Positions 48,691 to 57,703 of a stretch of 64,000 nucleotides of DNA are shown here, in pieces. This DNA comes from Cyanobacteria bacterium auto_48_18 (GTDB lineage: Bacteria > Cyanobacteriota > Vampirovibrionia > Obscuribacterales > Obscuribacteraceae). Within the stretch, counting starts at the first letter, position 1; every line of letters begins with the position of its first letter. Position numbers and translations under genes: made by a program. The stretch lies in NCBI GenBank assembly GCA_036170915.1, contig JAVHQC010000006.1, positions 128,001-192,000 of the forward strand. The letters run 5' to 3'. The notes under the pieces were generated by a model. It was given only the letters and a program-made list of their open reading frames with translations, searched no databases and was not told the DNA's origin.

Positions 48691-50232
48691 ATGGCTGCAA
48701 CAGAAAATGATGGCAACGGCCTAAACAGTCCGTTGGCAATCATGATTTTGTTGCCGACTTTGATACTTCTAAGTGTGCGATTGTTCTCAGCAGATTTTAT
48801 TTTGGCCCCTCAGGTTGCTCTGCACCTCGACGGCGCCAGCCGAATGCTCGCTGGGCAAAAGCCCTATTTAGATTTTTGGGACTGGAGTCAGCCAGCCCTT
48901 CTGGCACTATATTCGGTGCCGCAACTGGTCGCTGGCCTGATACCTCATTTTCTTTCCATCAGTGATTGGACCAAACTGATTCTCTGGGTGCTGACTCTCG
49001 GCTCGCTAACATTGTCTCTTTTGATCGTCAGGCGACTGGAATGCTTTTCTGCAGTTGCCCTTGCATTAGGATGCGCCAATCTCTCGGTGTGCTCACAATT
49101 TGGCAGCACACAGCATTTGCTGATGCTGGCTCTCACACCGTGGATTTTAATGCGCTGGGCTACTGGTGAACGTCTGAACTCGTCGCTGCCCTTGCAGTTG
49201 CTGATAGCCGGCCTTATTGCCTATGCTTGCGCCCTAGACTTACCTCATCTGGCAGTGTTGCTCTGGTGCGAGGGTTTCTTCTTTCTGCGCTATGGCCTGG
49301 TGAAACAAATGGCCCAGCAGCTTCTGATATTGGCGCTGGCTCTTTTGGTTATTTGGGGCCTTACATTGATGGATACATCCATCTGGCAAAGTTACTGGCA
49401 GTGGACTATACCTCTGCGTCTAGCCCAATATAAATATTTTGATAGTGCTCTAAAAGGCACCACTGTTCCCGACCATGCAAATTTTCTTTACCTTTTTGCT
49501 CTGGTGCAGCTGGCCGCATTTTACTTAAGTGATGGCAAAAACCGCTCTGCCGCAAATCTCAGTGGGGCCTTTGCATCACTGGCTCTGGCCGGGCTAACAC
49601 TATTTATCGCTGAAGGTGAAGGGCTTAGTTGTGACATTGTCATAGTTGTGTACGCCACAGTGTTTTTGCTTTCGCTGTTACTGGTGACTCTTGTGCGCCG
49701 AAACAAGTTGACCGCCTCTAAGCCAGTTCTCATCGCCAGCTTGTCTATAGTCAGCATCGCTTTGCCGATATGCATACTCTCCGTTACTGCTAAACCCGCA
49801 GTGCCTGTTAATTTGATTGCAAATCAAAACATAGACCAAACGATTTTAAAACTCAGTAGTGATGGAGATCAAATAGGCATATTTGCTGAGTATCCAGACG
49901 TGGCTTATCCGCGTCTTGAGAGACTTCATAGGAAATCTAGTGGTTATTTATTATGGGCCAGACCACTGCGCATGCTCTGCGATTTTCAGCAGGGCAAACG
50001 GTTGACCGATGATCAATTCTCTTTTCAAACCTATTTTATGACGAAAATCGCTGAAGATTTTGTCAGCGGCAAAGCAAGTCTAATATTAGTTGAAGAGCCA
50101 AAACAGTCTGAATTGCTGGCCTTTAACGGTTTGGATAGAGTCTTGCATAAAAATTATCTTCCTGCGGGCAATTGTCAGGTTTTTGCTGAGCCCTATGGTC
50201 TAACTAATTTTTCTGTGTGGCGGCGCAAATGA
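48691..50232 (+). CDS. Polytopic membrane protein, GT-C-like glycosyltransferase paralog 1
   Basis: About 10-12 TM; loop MLAGQKPYLDFWDWSQP; similar to the downstream gene. Confidence 0.6.
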   Translation: MAATENDGNGLNSPLAIMILLPTLILLSVRLFSADFILAPQVALHLDGASRMLAGQKPYLDFWDWSQPALLALYSVPQLVAGLIPHFLSISDWTKLILWVLTLGSLTLSLLIVRRLECFSAVALALGCANLSVCSQFGSTQHLLMLALTPWILMRWATGERLNSSLPLQLLIAGLIAYACALDLPHLAVLLWCEGFFFLRYGLVKQMAQQLLILALALLVIWGLTLMDTSIWQSYWQWTIPLRLAQYKYFDSALKGTTVPDHANFLYLFALVQLAAFYLSDGKNRSAANLSGAFASLALAGLTLFIAEGEGLSCDIVIVVYATVFLLSLLLVTLVRRNKLTASKPVLIASLSIVSIALPICILSVTAKPAVPVNLIANQNIDQTILKLSSDGDQIGIFAEYPDVAYPRLERLHRKSSGYLLWARPLRMLCDFQQGKRLTDDQFSFQTYFMTKIAEDFVSGKASLILVEEPKQSELLAFNGLDRVLHKNYLPAGNCQVFAEPYGLTNFSVWRRK

Positions 50233-51824
50233 TTTCAGCAAAAATTATTTCTAAATCTATTTTCGCAAGTCACAACTGGTGCTTTTGTACAGGCGTTTTG
50301 ATTGTGCTTATGGCCTTATTTTGCAAAATTCCATACTGGTTTGCCCATCCGCTGCTTATTCACGCAGACCAGTCTGTTTATCTGGCCATGGCAGATATGT
50401 TTTTACAAGGAAAGAAACCATATGTAGATTTCTTCGACTTCAATCCGCCATTGATAATTTATTTGAGCACCATACCAGTAGCCATATCAAAGATGGTGCC
50501 TTTGCCGTCGATTCAGATTTTCAATCTAACAGTCAATTTTTTGATGCTATTTTCCACAGCTCTTAGTGGTGCGCTTTTTTATGCTAACCGCCATTCTACT
50601 GATCGCTATTTGTATTTCCCTCTACTTCTTGCGCCCATAATCTGCACTCAGACTCAATCTTATGATTTTGGCCAGAGAGAACATTTGTTTGTGCTTCTTT
50701 ATTTTCCCTTTTTTGTCTGTCGATTGATGCGCTATCGCTCTGGTCATATTCCGGCAAATTTGTCAGCACTGGTGGGAATATTTGCCGCGGTCGGCGTCTC
50801 TCTGAAACCACAGTTTTTGCTTACCGCACTGCTTCTTGAAGCTGTGCTGATGGGGCAATGGCGCACGTTGAAATTTGCCAGTAGCCCGGAGACCAAAATT
50901 TGTGCACTGCTTACGGTGCTCTACCTGGTTCATTTCGTTTTTCTCGGACAGACCGCCCTTGATGTTTTGTTGCAGCAAGCCTGGCCAATTTACACTACCG
51001 GGCTTTCGTATTTTCATATTGGTTTTATTGAGGGGCTAGCCTCACTAAGCAACTTCTCGTATCCATACTATTTACTCGCTCTAGCACTGACTCTGGCCTT
51101 TGCCTGTAAGGGCCGCAGCCCCTGGCTTGAGCCTGCTGTGGCACTAACCCTGGTCTCTTTGTTTTCTCTGCTGCAAGCCGGCAGCATCTGGACCTACCGC
51201 GGCATTCCCTTACAGCTTGGCTGTTGGATTTTAATCGCTCTGGCCACAGGACTCGGCATAGAGTTTTTGTTCACTCGTAAGCCCAAAATTCAAGTGCCGC
51301 TAAGGCTTCTATTGCTGGCAGGTTCTGCTTATATTTGTTTGTGCGCCTTTGCCCCAGATGCTTTTAAAGATAGTGCATCTGGTTCACGCCAATTTGATTT
51401 AGCACAGATAGGCTATAGCGGTAAGTCTCCGCTAAATGATTTGTCGCCTCTGGCGCCCAGTATTGTCGCTCACAGCAAAATGGGCGATAAAGTTATTTAT
51501 CTCGGTAGAGGGGTGCGGCCCGGCTATCCTTCAATTTTGCAGGCGCGCCGAAATTCAGGATCGCGTTATCTGCACGGAATGATTTTGCCAATGCTATTGG
51601 TGTGCATTGAGAAGAATCCGACCCGGTACACGCCGCTGCTCGATAAAGTAATCGCTAACTATGGCGACGACATTCTTGCCAATAAACCGAAACTGATTTT
51701 CATGGACGATATTTTTGTCGCTCCGCTTTTCGCGCAGCATCAATTTGTTCAAAAATACATGACAAATTACGAACTAGTCGAGCGCGTGGAGAAGGCTCAG
51801 TGCACTCTCTACAGAAGTAAATAG
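50229..51824 (+). CDS. Polytopic membrane protein, GT-C-like glycosyltransferase paralog 2
   Basis: DQSVYL...GKKPYVDFFDFNPP first loop, FGQREH, LKPQF; ATGA overlap with paralog 1. Confidence 0.65.
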   Translation: MISAKIISKSIFASHNWCFCTGVLIVLMALFCKIPYWFAHPLLIHADQSVYLAMADMFLQGKKPYVDFFDFNPPLIIYLSTIPVAISKMVPLPSIQIFNLTVNFLMLFSTALSGALFYANRHSTDRYLYFPLLLAPIICTQTQSYDFGQREHLFVLLYFPFFVCRLMRYRSGHIPANLSALVGIFAAVGVSLKPQFLLTALLLEAVLMGQWRTLKFASSPETKICALLTVLYLVHFVFLGQTALDVLLQQAWPIYTTGLSYFHIGFIEGLASLSNFSYPYYLLALALTLAFACKGRSPWLEPAVALTLVSLFSLLQAGSIWTYRGIPLQLGCWILIALATGLGIEFLFTRKPKIQVPLRLLLLAGSAYICLCAFAPDAFKDSASGSRQFDLAQIGYSGKSPLNDLSPLAPSIVAHSKMGDKVIYLGRGVRPGYPSILQARRNSGSRYLHGMILPMLLVCIEKNPTRYTPLLDKVIANYGDDILANKPKLIFMDDIFVAPLFAQHQFVQKYMTNYELVERVEKAQCTLYRSK

Positions 51825-51893
51825 GGACGCATGCTTGTACACTGGTTGCTAAGAGCCTATTTTAGTAGATGGTTACAGCATAATTTGAAGTAG

Positions 51894-52811
51894 ATGAAGC
51901 AAAGACTGACCATAATCTGCCCGGTTTGCAACGAACAGGCGACCGTGCCCATATTTTTCGAGCGCATCAAGCCTGTGATGGTTAAGCTCTCAGAAACTTA
52001 CGATTGCTCTTTGCTTTTTACCAACAATGCTTCCACAGATGAAACTCCGGCTCAGATTCGTAAAATCAGTGCCGAAAATCCTAACGTCTATATGATCACA
52101 ATCAGTAAAAACGTTGGCTACCAGGCTTCCCTTGAATGTGGTTTGCGTAATGCCAAAGGTGATGTGTTCGTATTTATCGACGTTGATTGCGAAGATCCGC
52201 CCGAGATGATTTTAGATTTCGTACGTTATTACGAACAGGGCTATGACATCGTATATGGTGAACGCGTAGATCGCGATGAGCCTCGCCTGATTATGTGGGG
52301 TCGCAAAGTTTTTTACCGAGTGCTCAAAGCCCTGGCAGATGAAGAAGTAATTCTTGATATGGCGGAATTTTCACTACTTGCCGGTCACGTGCGTGATTCT
52401 ATTGTTAAAGACCACACTTCATTTCCTTTCATTAGAGCGTCAATTGGCCGTGTTGGTTTTAACCGCAAAGGCATCGCATACAAAAGGAATAAACGAGTAG
52501 GCGGTGAAACCCACTTCCGTTTCTTAGGCATGGCCCATTTTGCGGTTGCCGGGATTCTTTCCTCGTCGACTTTGTTTTTACGCTTGCCGATTTACATTTT
52601 TCCAATTTGGTTAGCGGCAGTTACCGCCCTGGCAATTATGCGGGTTTATCAGCCTAGTGCCGTCATTGAGGCTGTAATTATTTTTCTTATCTGCAGCTAT
52701 TTTGGTGCTGCCATCTCATTCATTTCAATTTATGTGGGGCGCACCTATAAAAATTCTTTGGGCAGACCAAATTTCGTTATCGACGATAAAAATTCCGTCT
52801 TGCAGGATTAG
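51894..52811 (+). CDS. GT2 polyprenol-phosphate glycosyltransferase (GtrB/ArnC-like)
   Basis: PVCNE, DxD in DVDCEDPP, two C-terminal TMs, YVGRTY...RP. Confidence 0.9.
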   Translation: MKQRLTIICPVCNEQATVPIFFERIKPVMVKLSETYDCSLLFTNNASTDETPAQIRKISAENPNVYMITISKNVGYQASLECGLRNAKGDVFVFIDVDCEDPPEMILDFVRYYEQGYDIVYGERVDRDEPRLIMWGRKVFYRVLKALADEEVILDMAEFSLLAGHVRDSIVKDHTSFPFIRASIGRVGFNRKGIAYKRNKRVGGETHFRFLGMAHFAVAGILSSSTLFLRLPIYIFPIWLAAVTALAIMRVYQPSAVIEAVIIFLICSYFGAAISFISIYVGRTYKNSLGRPNFVIDDKNSVLQD

Positions 52812-52814
52812 CAA

Positions 52815-54203
52815 ATGGCTCAAACATTTGACTTTAAACCGCAGGTAGATTTTCTTAGTTTTGATGGTGGTGTTAGGGCCCGCGGCTCGCTGGTCAGACC
52901 GTCGCAGAGTGCTCTGCGAGAGCTTTCTGACATTGAAGAAAAGATTTTAGGCGGCAAAAAAGCACGCATCACTTATGGTGCCGGTTTATCTTTTGGCGCG
53001 CCACATTTTGGTGATGACGTTGTCTCAATTGATAATTCTAGATTCACTGAAATTATTGGCTACGATAATGAAAATGGCCTGCTTGAAGTTCAAGCTGGTG
53101 CCACCATGGCCCATGTGTTCAATTTTTTGGTAGAGAAAGAGCGCTATCTTGTCACCCAGCCTGGTTATCCTTCGATTACTGTAGGCGGCTGTATTGCTGT
53201 AGATGTTCACGGCAAAAATCAACTGCGCGATGGCAACTTTCGCGAACAAGTGCAATCGCTCAAACTTTTTCATCCCTCGCGCGGAATTGTTTCTGCCAGC
53301 CCTGAAATCAATAAAGAGATATTTGATCTTACTTGTGGTGGATACGGACTCACCGGTCATATTATCAGCGCCAAGATTCGCACACGCAGCCTCGTTTCAT
53401 CTACCATGGCGCTTTATATTATTCCGCTTGATGATATTCTTGACACTCCTGCGTACATCACCAAAGCGGCTAAAGAAAATGATTTTGTGGTTTCCTGGCA
53501 CGACTTTAGTGCCCGCGGTGCAGAATTTGGCCGCGGTTTTCTGCTGGTAGGTAAGTTTGTTGCTGGATCGGAAAATTCGTCCCATGGTGCAGGAAGAGCC
53601 CCACAGCTGCCACTCTACTGGCCCCTCGATGCTCACTCACGCAAGGGTATTGACCTGGCTTTTTACAGCCTACCTTTTAATCGCCTGGTAAATGTTCTTT
53701 ATGGAGGCATCAATAGATTTTCCACAGAACCGCGTTTAATTACCGTACAGGAGTGTCTCTATCCGGCTCGGACACTGCGTCAGCTTTACTATAAGATGTT
53801 TGGTCAGGCTGGGTTTCATGAAAGTCAGATGATCGTACCACTCGACCGTTTTGCCGAATTTATTGCCGCCCTGAAAAAGTGGTTAGACCAGAATGAGCTG
53901 GCTGTTACTCTGGCCTCTGCCAAAGTCTTTATGGGCACGCAGAGTCTTTTACGTTTTGACGGTGACGGCATTTGCTTCGCGTTGAATTTCCCTCGATGTG
54001 AGGCCAGCGGCCGGTTCATGCTATTTCTTGATCAGTTGACTCTGGACCTTGGTCTAACACCATATATGGTGAAAGATTCCAGACTGCCTCTGGCTATTGT
54101 TAAAAAGGCCTATCCACAATATGACGAATTCCGCGAGCGTCTGCGCAAATTTGACAGAGAGCGCCTGTACCGTTCGGAGCTTTCCAGGCGGTTGGAACTT
54201 TGA
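52815..54203 (+). CDS. FAD-binding oxidoreductase, DprE1-like
   Basis: GAGLSFG, PGYPSITVGGCIAVDVHGKNQ, TCGGYGLTG, YMVKDSR, SELSRRLEL. Confidence 0.8.
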   Translation: MAQTFDFKPQVDFLSFDGGVRARGSLVRPSQSALRELSDIEEKILGGKKARITYGAGLSFGAPHFGDDVVSIDNSRFTEIIGYDNENGLLEVQAGATMAHVFNFLVEKERYLVTQPGYPSITVGGCIAVDVHGKNQLRDGNFREQVQSLKLFHPSRGIVSASPEINKEIFDLTCGGYGLTGHIISAKIRTRSLVSSTMALYIIPLDDILDTPAYITKAAKENDFVVSWHDFSARGAEFGRGFLLVGKFVAGSENSSHGAGRAPQLPLYWPLDAHSRKGIDLAFYSLPFNRLVNVLYGGINRFSTEPRLITVQECLYPARTLRQLYYKMFGQAGFHESQMIVPLDRFAEFIAALKKWLDQNELAVTLASAKVFMGTQSLLRFDGDGICFALNFPRCEASGRFMLFLDQLTLDLGLTPYMVKDSRLPLAIVKKAYPQYDEFRERLRKFDRERLYRSELSRRLEL

Positions 54204-54661
54204 TGAAGCTAGACGCTGCCGCCAGCATTTCATTATTGCTTTTTTTCCTTGATCAAGATCGCTACGCTATCGCTCTATCTCAAGTTGACAGAGTTTATCC
54301 GGTGGTTGAAATCACTGGCGCCGATACGGTTTCTGGAAATGACTATTTAGGCTTTGTCAATTTGCACGGTGAGCTCATTCCTGTGATAAACACAAGATTG
54401 CGCCTGGGCTTGCCTGAGAAAGAAATTGAAATCAGTGACATGCTCATTATGATTTTAGATGGCAGCACCAGATTGGCGCTCATAGTTGATAGCGTGGGCG
54501 AAGTGCTTGAGTATAACGCGGAGCAAATGGTCATGGCCGCTTCTTTGCTTTACAGCAAGGCGCAGGTAAGTGTAATTAGTGTGAGCGCCGGCAACATGGT
54601 CGTGAAAGAAATGCGCGAGTATTTAATTGAGGCCGGCTGCCAGTGGTTGAAGGCTGATTAG
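54203..54661 (+). CDS. cheW: CheW coupling protein (WspB-like)
   Basis: YAIALSQVDRV, GFVNLHGELIPVIN, LALIVDSV; TGATG overlap with the upstream gene. Confidence 0.85.
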   Translation: MKLDAAASISLLLFFLDQDRYAIALSQVDRVYPVVEITGADTVSGNDYLGFVNLHGELIPVINTRLRLGLPEKEIEISDMLIMILDGSTRLALIVDSVGEVLEYNAEQMVMAASLLYSKAQVSVISVSAGNMVVKEMREYLIEAGCQWLKAD

Positions 54662-54705
54662 TTTCTAAGCTGCGGTTTAGTGCTTGCTTGTGATGCCAAT
54701 TTGCT

Positions 54706-54760
54706 GCCTATGAATTTTTACAACTTACAGGTTGTAAAACCATACAACTTACAGGTTGTA
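54706..54760 (+). repeat. 55-bp dispersed double-palindrome element, copy 3
   Basis: GCCTATGAATTTT-TACAAC ttacag GTTGTA-aaacca-TACAAC ttacag GTTGTA, followed by T6. Confidence 0.85.
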
Positions 54761-54819
54761 TTTTTTCTTAGCGTTTTACAAAGACTGCTCGGACCATAGA
54801 CAGAATTTTTCGAAAAGCC

Positions 54820-56091
54820 CTAATTTTTATACTTGGCCACGAGAGTTTCTAAAACCGCCTGAATGGCTGTGAGACTGTGAGCAGCTTCTTCTATTTGTTT
54901 ACTTGAAGCGACATGCTGCTTGGTGGCGTCTTGAATGCCTTGCATGGCAGTGACTACCTGATCTATGCCCGTCAATTGTTCTTGCGATGCTGCGGCTATT
55001 TGCACTGCTGCACTGGCGGCTTCGCTGACGCTGTGAGAAAGAGATTCAATAGAACGACCAGCTTCACTGGATTGTTTCACTGCCGATTCAACGGTGCGAG
55101 TGCCTTGCTCAATAGACGAAGCCGCTTGTTGAGTCGCCTGCTGAATATCACTCAGAATCTTTCGCACTTCTGCGGTGGCCTGCTTAGATTGATTAGAAAG
55201 AGCCTTTACTTCTTGAGCGACTACAGCAAAACCCTTGCCAAGCTCGCCTGCGCGGGCCGCTTCAATTGAGGCGTTTACTGCCAGCAAATTAGACTGTTGC
55301 GAGAGCTCGTCTACTGAAGCAGTGATTTCGGCAATTGCCTGGCCTTTTTCTGTTAGTCCCGCCATATTCATGGCAATAGAACGCATCTGTTCGCGAATAT
55401 CGTTCATTTGTTCGATGGTATCATCGGCGGCGGCTTTTCCAGCCATAGAAATTTGGGCAGCCTGCTGGGCAAGATCAGCCACATAACGGCCTTTTTGCGT
55501 AGCTACGAGAGTTGTTTGCCTGACTTGTTCGGCAGAAACTGTAGTTTGCGTCACAGTTGCCGCGGTATGAGTAGAGCTAACTGACGATTGACTGGTGGAG
55601 ACCACAATTTGCCGTACTGAGCTTGATAAAACTTGTACTGCTTCAGCAATCTGCAAAGTATCTGAGCGCAAATTGTTTACCATCAATTCAAAAGTTGAGG
55701 TGAGCGCGCCCAGCTCATCATCTTGCGAGGCCTTAGGAATTTGGTACTTAAGATCGCCTTGACCGATTTTGTAAGCGGCGTCAGTAAGGTTTTTTAGTGG
55801 AAGGATGACGCTCGTATCCATAAAACTTTTGATCTTTAAGGTAGTAAAAATAACAATCAATGTGGCAACAAGATAGGCGAATCCAACAATTTGATTGGAT
55901 TGCCTCAAACTTTCCACAGTGGCTAAAAGCTCAGGCTGATTATTGCCGAGACCAGCCACAATTTTTTTAATGGCTTCTTCTGAGCCGCACCACTGGCAGA
56001 CGAGATAGATAGTTGTGAGGATGAAGAGAGTGGAAGACCACGCCAGCTGACCGGATAATTTAGACTTGAGACTTTGATTATCAGACGGCAT
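54820..56091 (-). CDS. Methyl-accepting chemotaxis protein (WspA-like) with a very short periplasmic loop
   Basis: 2 TM, HAMP (DELGAL), hairpin [31 protein letters not shown]. Confidence 0.93.
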   Translation of the reverse strand: MPSDNQSLKSKLSGQLAWSSTLFILTTIYLVCQWCGSEEAIKKIVAGLGNNQPELLATVESLRQSNQIVGFAYLVATLIVIFTTLKIKSFMDTSVILPLKNLTDAAYKIGQGDLKYQIPKASQDDELGALTSTFELMVNNLRSDTLQIAEAVQVLSSSVRQIVVSTSQSSVSSTHTAATVTQTTVSAEQVRQTTLVATQKGRYVADLAQQAAQISMAGKAAADDTIEQMNDIREQMRSIAMNMAGLTEKGQAIAEITASVDELSQQSNLLAVNASIEAARAGELGKGFAVVAQEVKALSNQSKQATAEVRKILSDIQQATQQAASSIEQGTRTVESAVKQSSEAGRSIESLSHSVSEAASAAVQIAAASQEQLTGIDQVVTAMQGIQDATKQHVASSKQIEEAAHSLTAIQAVLETLVAKYKN

Positions 56092-56146
56092 GCTTCACCT
56101 GTTTCAATGTATCAATTCTATTATAGATTCTGGCTTCTCAAACACA

Positions 56147-56644
56147 CTATTGTGCCTGCAGGTCAATTATCTGCCTGTAGGCCATAAGCAAAAAATGACT
56201 CATTCTCGCCTGACCGCCAAGTTCTGGCACCTCTAGTCTTTCGTCTTCAATGGTGAGAATGTTGCTTTGATCTTGGCTGAGAGCGAGTTGTACCTGTGCT
56301 ACAAAAGTCTTCTGGTTGGCTGATTTAAACACGATACCATCGGCAGCGCTGTTCAATATTTCTGCCACTTCAGCTAGCTGACTCGCCGTAATCAGCAAAA
56401 TCGCTTTAATGTCTTTGGTGGCATGATTTTCTTTCATGGCCTTAACCAGCTCATAACCGCTGATGCCAGGCATGTTGATATCTGTGAGCACCACATCCGG
56501 TATGAGTTGATTGAGAGCCTCGAGAGCTTTTTCTCCCGACCTGGCCACGGTTATCTTGTATCCCGCCTGAGTCAATGCATGCTGCATATACATGGCCTGG
56601 GTCATGGTATCTTCCACTAATAAAATTGAAGTTCCTAAACTCAC
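56147..56644 (-). CDS. Response regulator (receiver plus short tail, no output domain)
   Basis: ILLVED, VLTDINMPGISG. Confidence 0.85.
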   Translation of the reverse strand: MSLGTSILLVEDTMTQAMYMQHALTQAGYKITVARSGEKALEALNQLIPDVVLTDINMPGISGYELVKAMKENHATKDIKAILLITASQLAEVAEILNSAADGIVFKSANQKTFVAQVQLALSQDQSNILTIEDERLEVPELGGQARMSHFLLMAYRQIIDLQAQ

Positions 56645-56653
56645 ATCCGCTCC

Positions 56654-57703
56654 TTACACGTGCAGTTTATTCAAGCTTGATAATAAGACCGCTATAGTTG
56701 CCGGCTTCATAACGTGGCAGGCGGCACCAATATCGATGGCAGCACCAGGCATACCGTGTACAACAGAGCTATCTTTGTCTTGGGCGATAGTTATGCCACC
56801 TTTTTGCTTCAAGGCAAGCATCTCGGCCGCCCCGTCCTTCCCCATTCCCGTTAGTAAAAGGGCCAGGCAATCAGTGGGCTTATTATCAGCCAGCGATTGA
56901 AATAGAAAAGAAACTGAGGGGCGGTGGCCCTGTTGGGGCAGGTCTTTAGATAATGTGATGTGGTCTGTCTTTATACCAAGATGATAATCTTCAGGGCTCA
57001 AATAAACGGTACCGTTTTGCAATTTCTCCCCGTTATCGGCTACTTTTACTTTGAGTTTGAGCGAATGCTGTAGCCATTCCACCATACCAGCAAGAAAACC
57101 GGGAGCTATGTGTTGCACCAATAAAATCGCTGCCGGATAGTCGGGCGGCAAATCTTTCAAAATTGCTTCAATTACCGGCGGCCCACCGGTGGAGGCACCT
57201 ATGCCAACTATTTTGATTTGATTATTGAGCAAGCCTGCCGCTTTTGTGCTCTGATCTATTTCTATTTTGCCTGCCCGGGGCCAACGTTTGACCACTTTGA
57301 CCCCGGCCATGTCTTTAATGGTTTGTATCAACCGCGCAGAGTTGGCCTGAAAATCGTCTTTACCGATTGAAATAGGCTTTGCCACCGCAGCTAGTGCTCC
57401 AGCTTCGATCAATTGATAGGCTCGCTCCACATCTGCCACCAGACAGCTAGCACTAACAACAATTATAGGAACGGGCCTGGTTTCCATAATCTGTCTGGTA
57501 ACGGCCAGACCGTCAATTCCCGGCAGATGCACATCCATAGTAATTAAGTCGGGTGAAATTTTGGCTAACTGTGAGAGAGCTTCTTCGCCGCTCGAGACTA
57601 TGGACACCACTTCAATCTGTTTATCTTGCGAAAGTATTTTCACCAGCAGCTTCTGTGCTGTCAGAGAATCTTCAACAATCATCACTCTAATTGGCGCCTT
57701 CAT
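56654..57703 (-). CDS. cheB: Chemotaxis methylesterase CheB (WspF-like)
   Basis: REC domain plus catalytic triad GASTGGP, VQHI, TGMGKDG. Confidence 0.95.
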   Translation of the reverse strand: MKAPIRVMIVEDSLTAQKLLVKILSQDKQIEVVSIVSSGEEALSQLAKISPDLITMDVHLPGIDGLAVTRQIMETRPVPIIVVSASCLVADVERAYQLIEAGALAAVAKPISIGKDDFQANSARLIQTIKDMAGVKVVKRWPRAGKIEIDQSTKAAGLLNNQIKIVGIGASTGGPPVIEAILKDLPPDYPAAILLVQHIAPGFLAGMVEWLQHSLKLKVKVADNGEKLQNGTVYLSPEDYHLGIKTDHITLSKDLPQQGHRPSVSFLFQSLADNKPTDCLALLLTGMGKDGAAEMLALKQKGGITIAQDKDSSVVHGMPGAAIDIGAACHVMKPATIAVLLSSLNKLHV

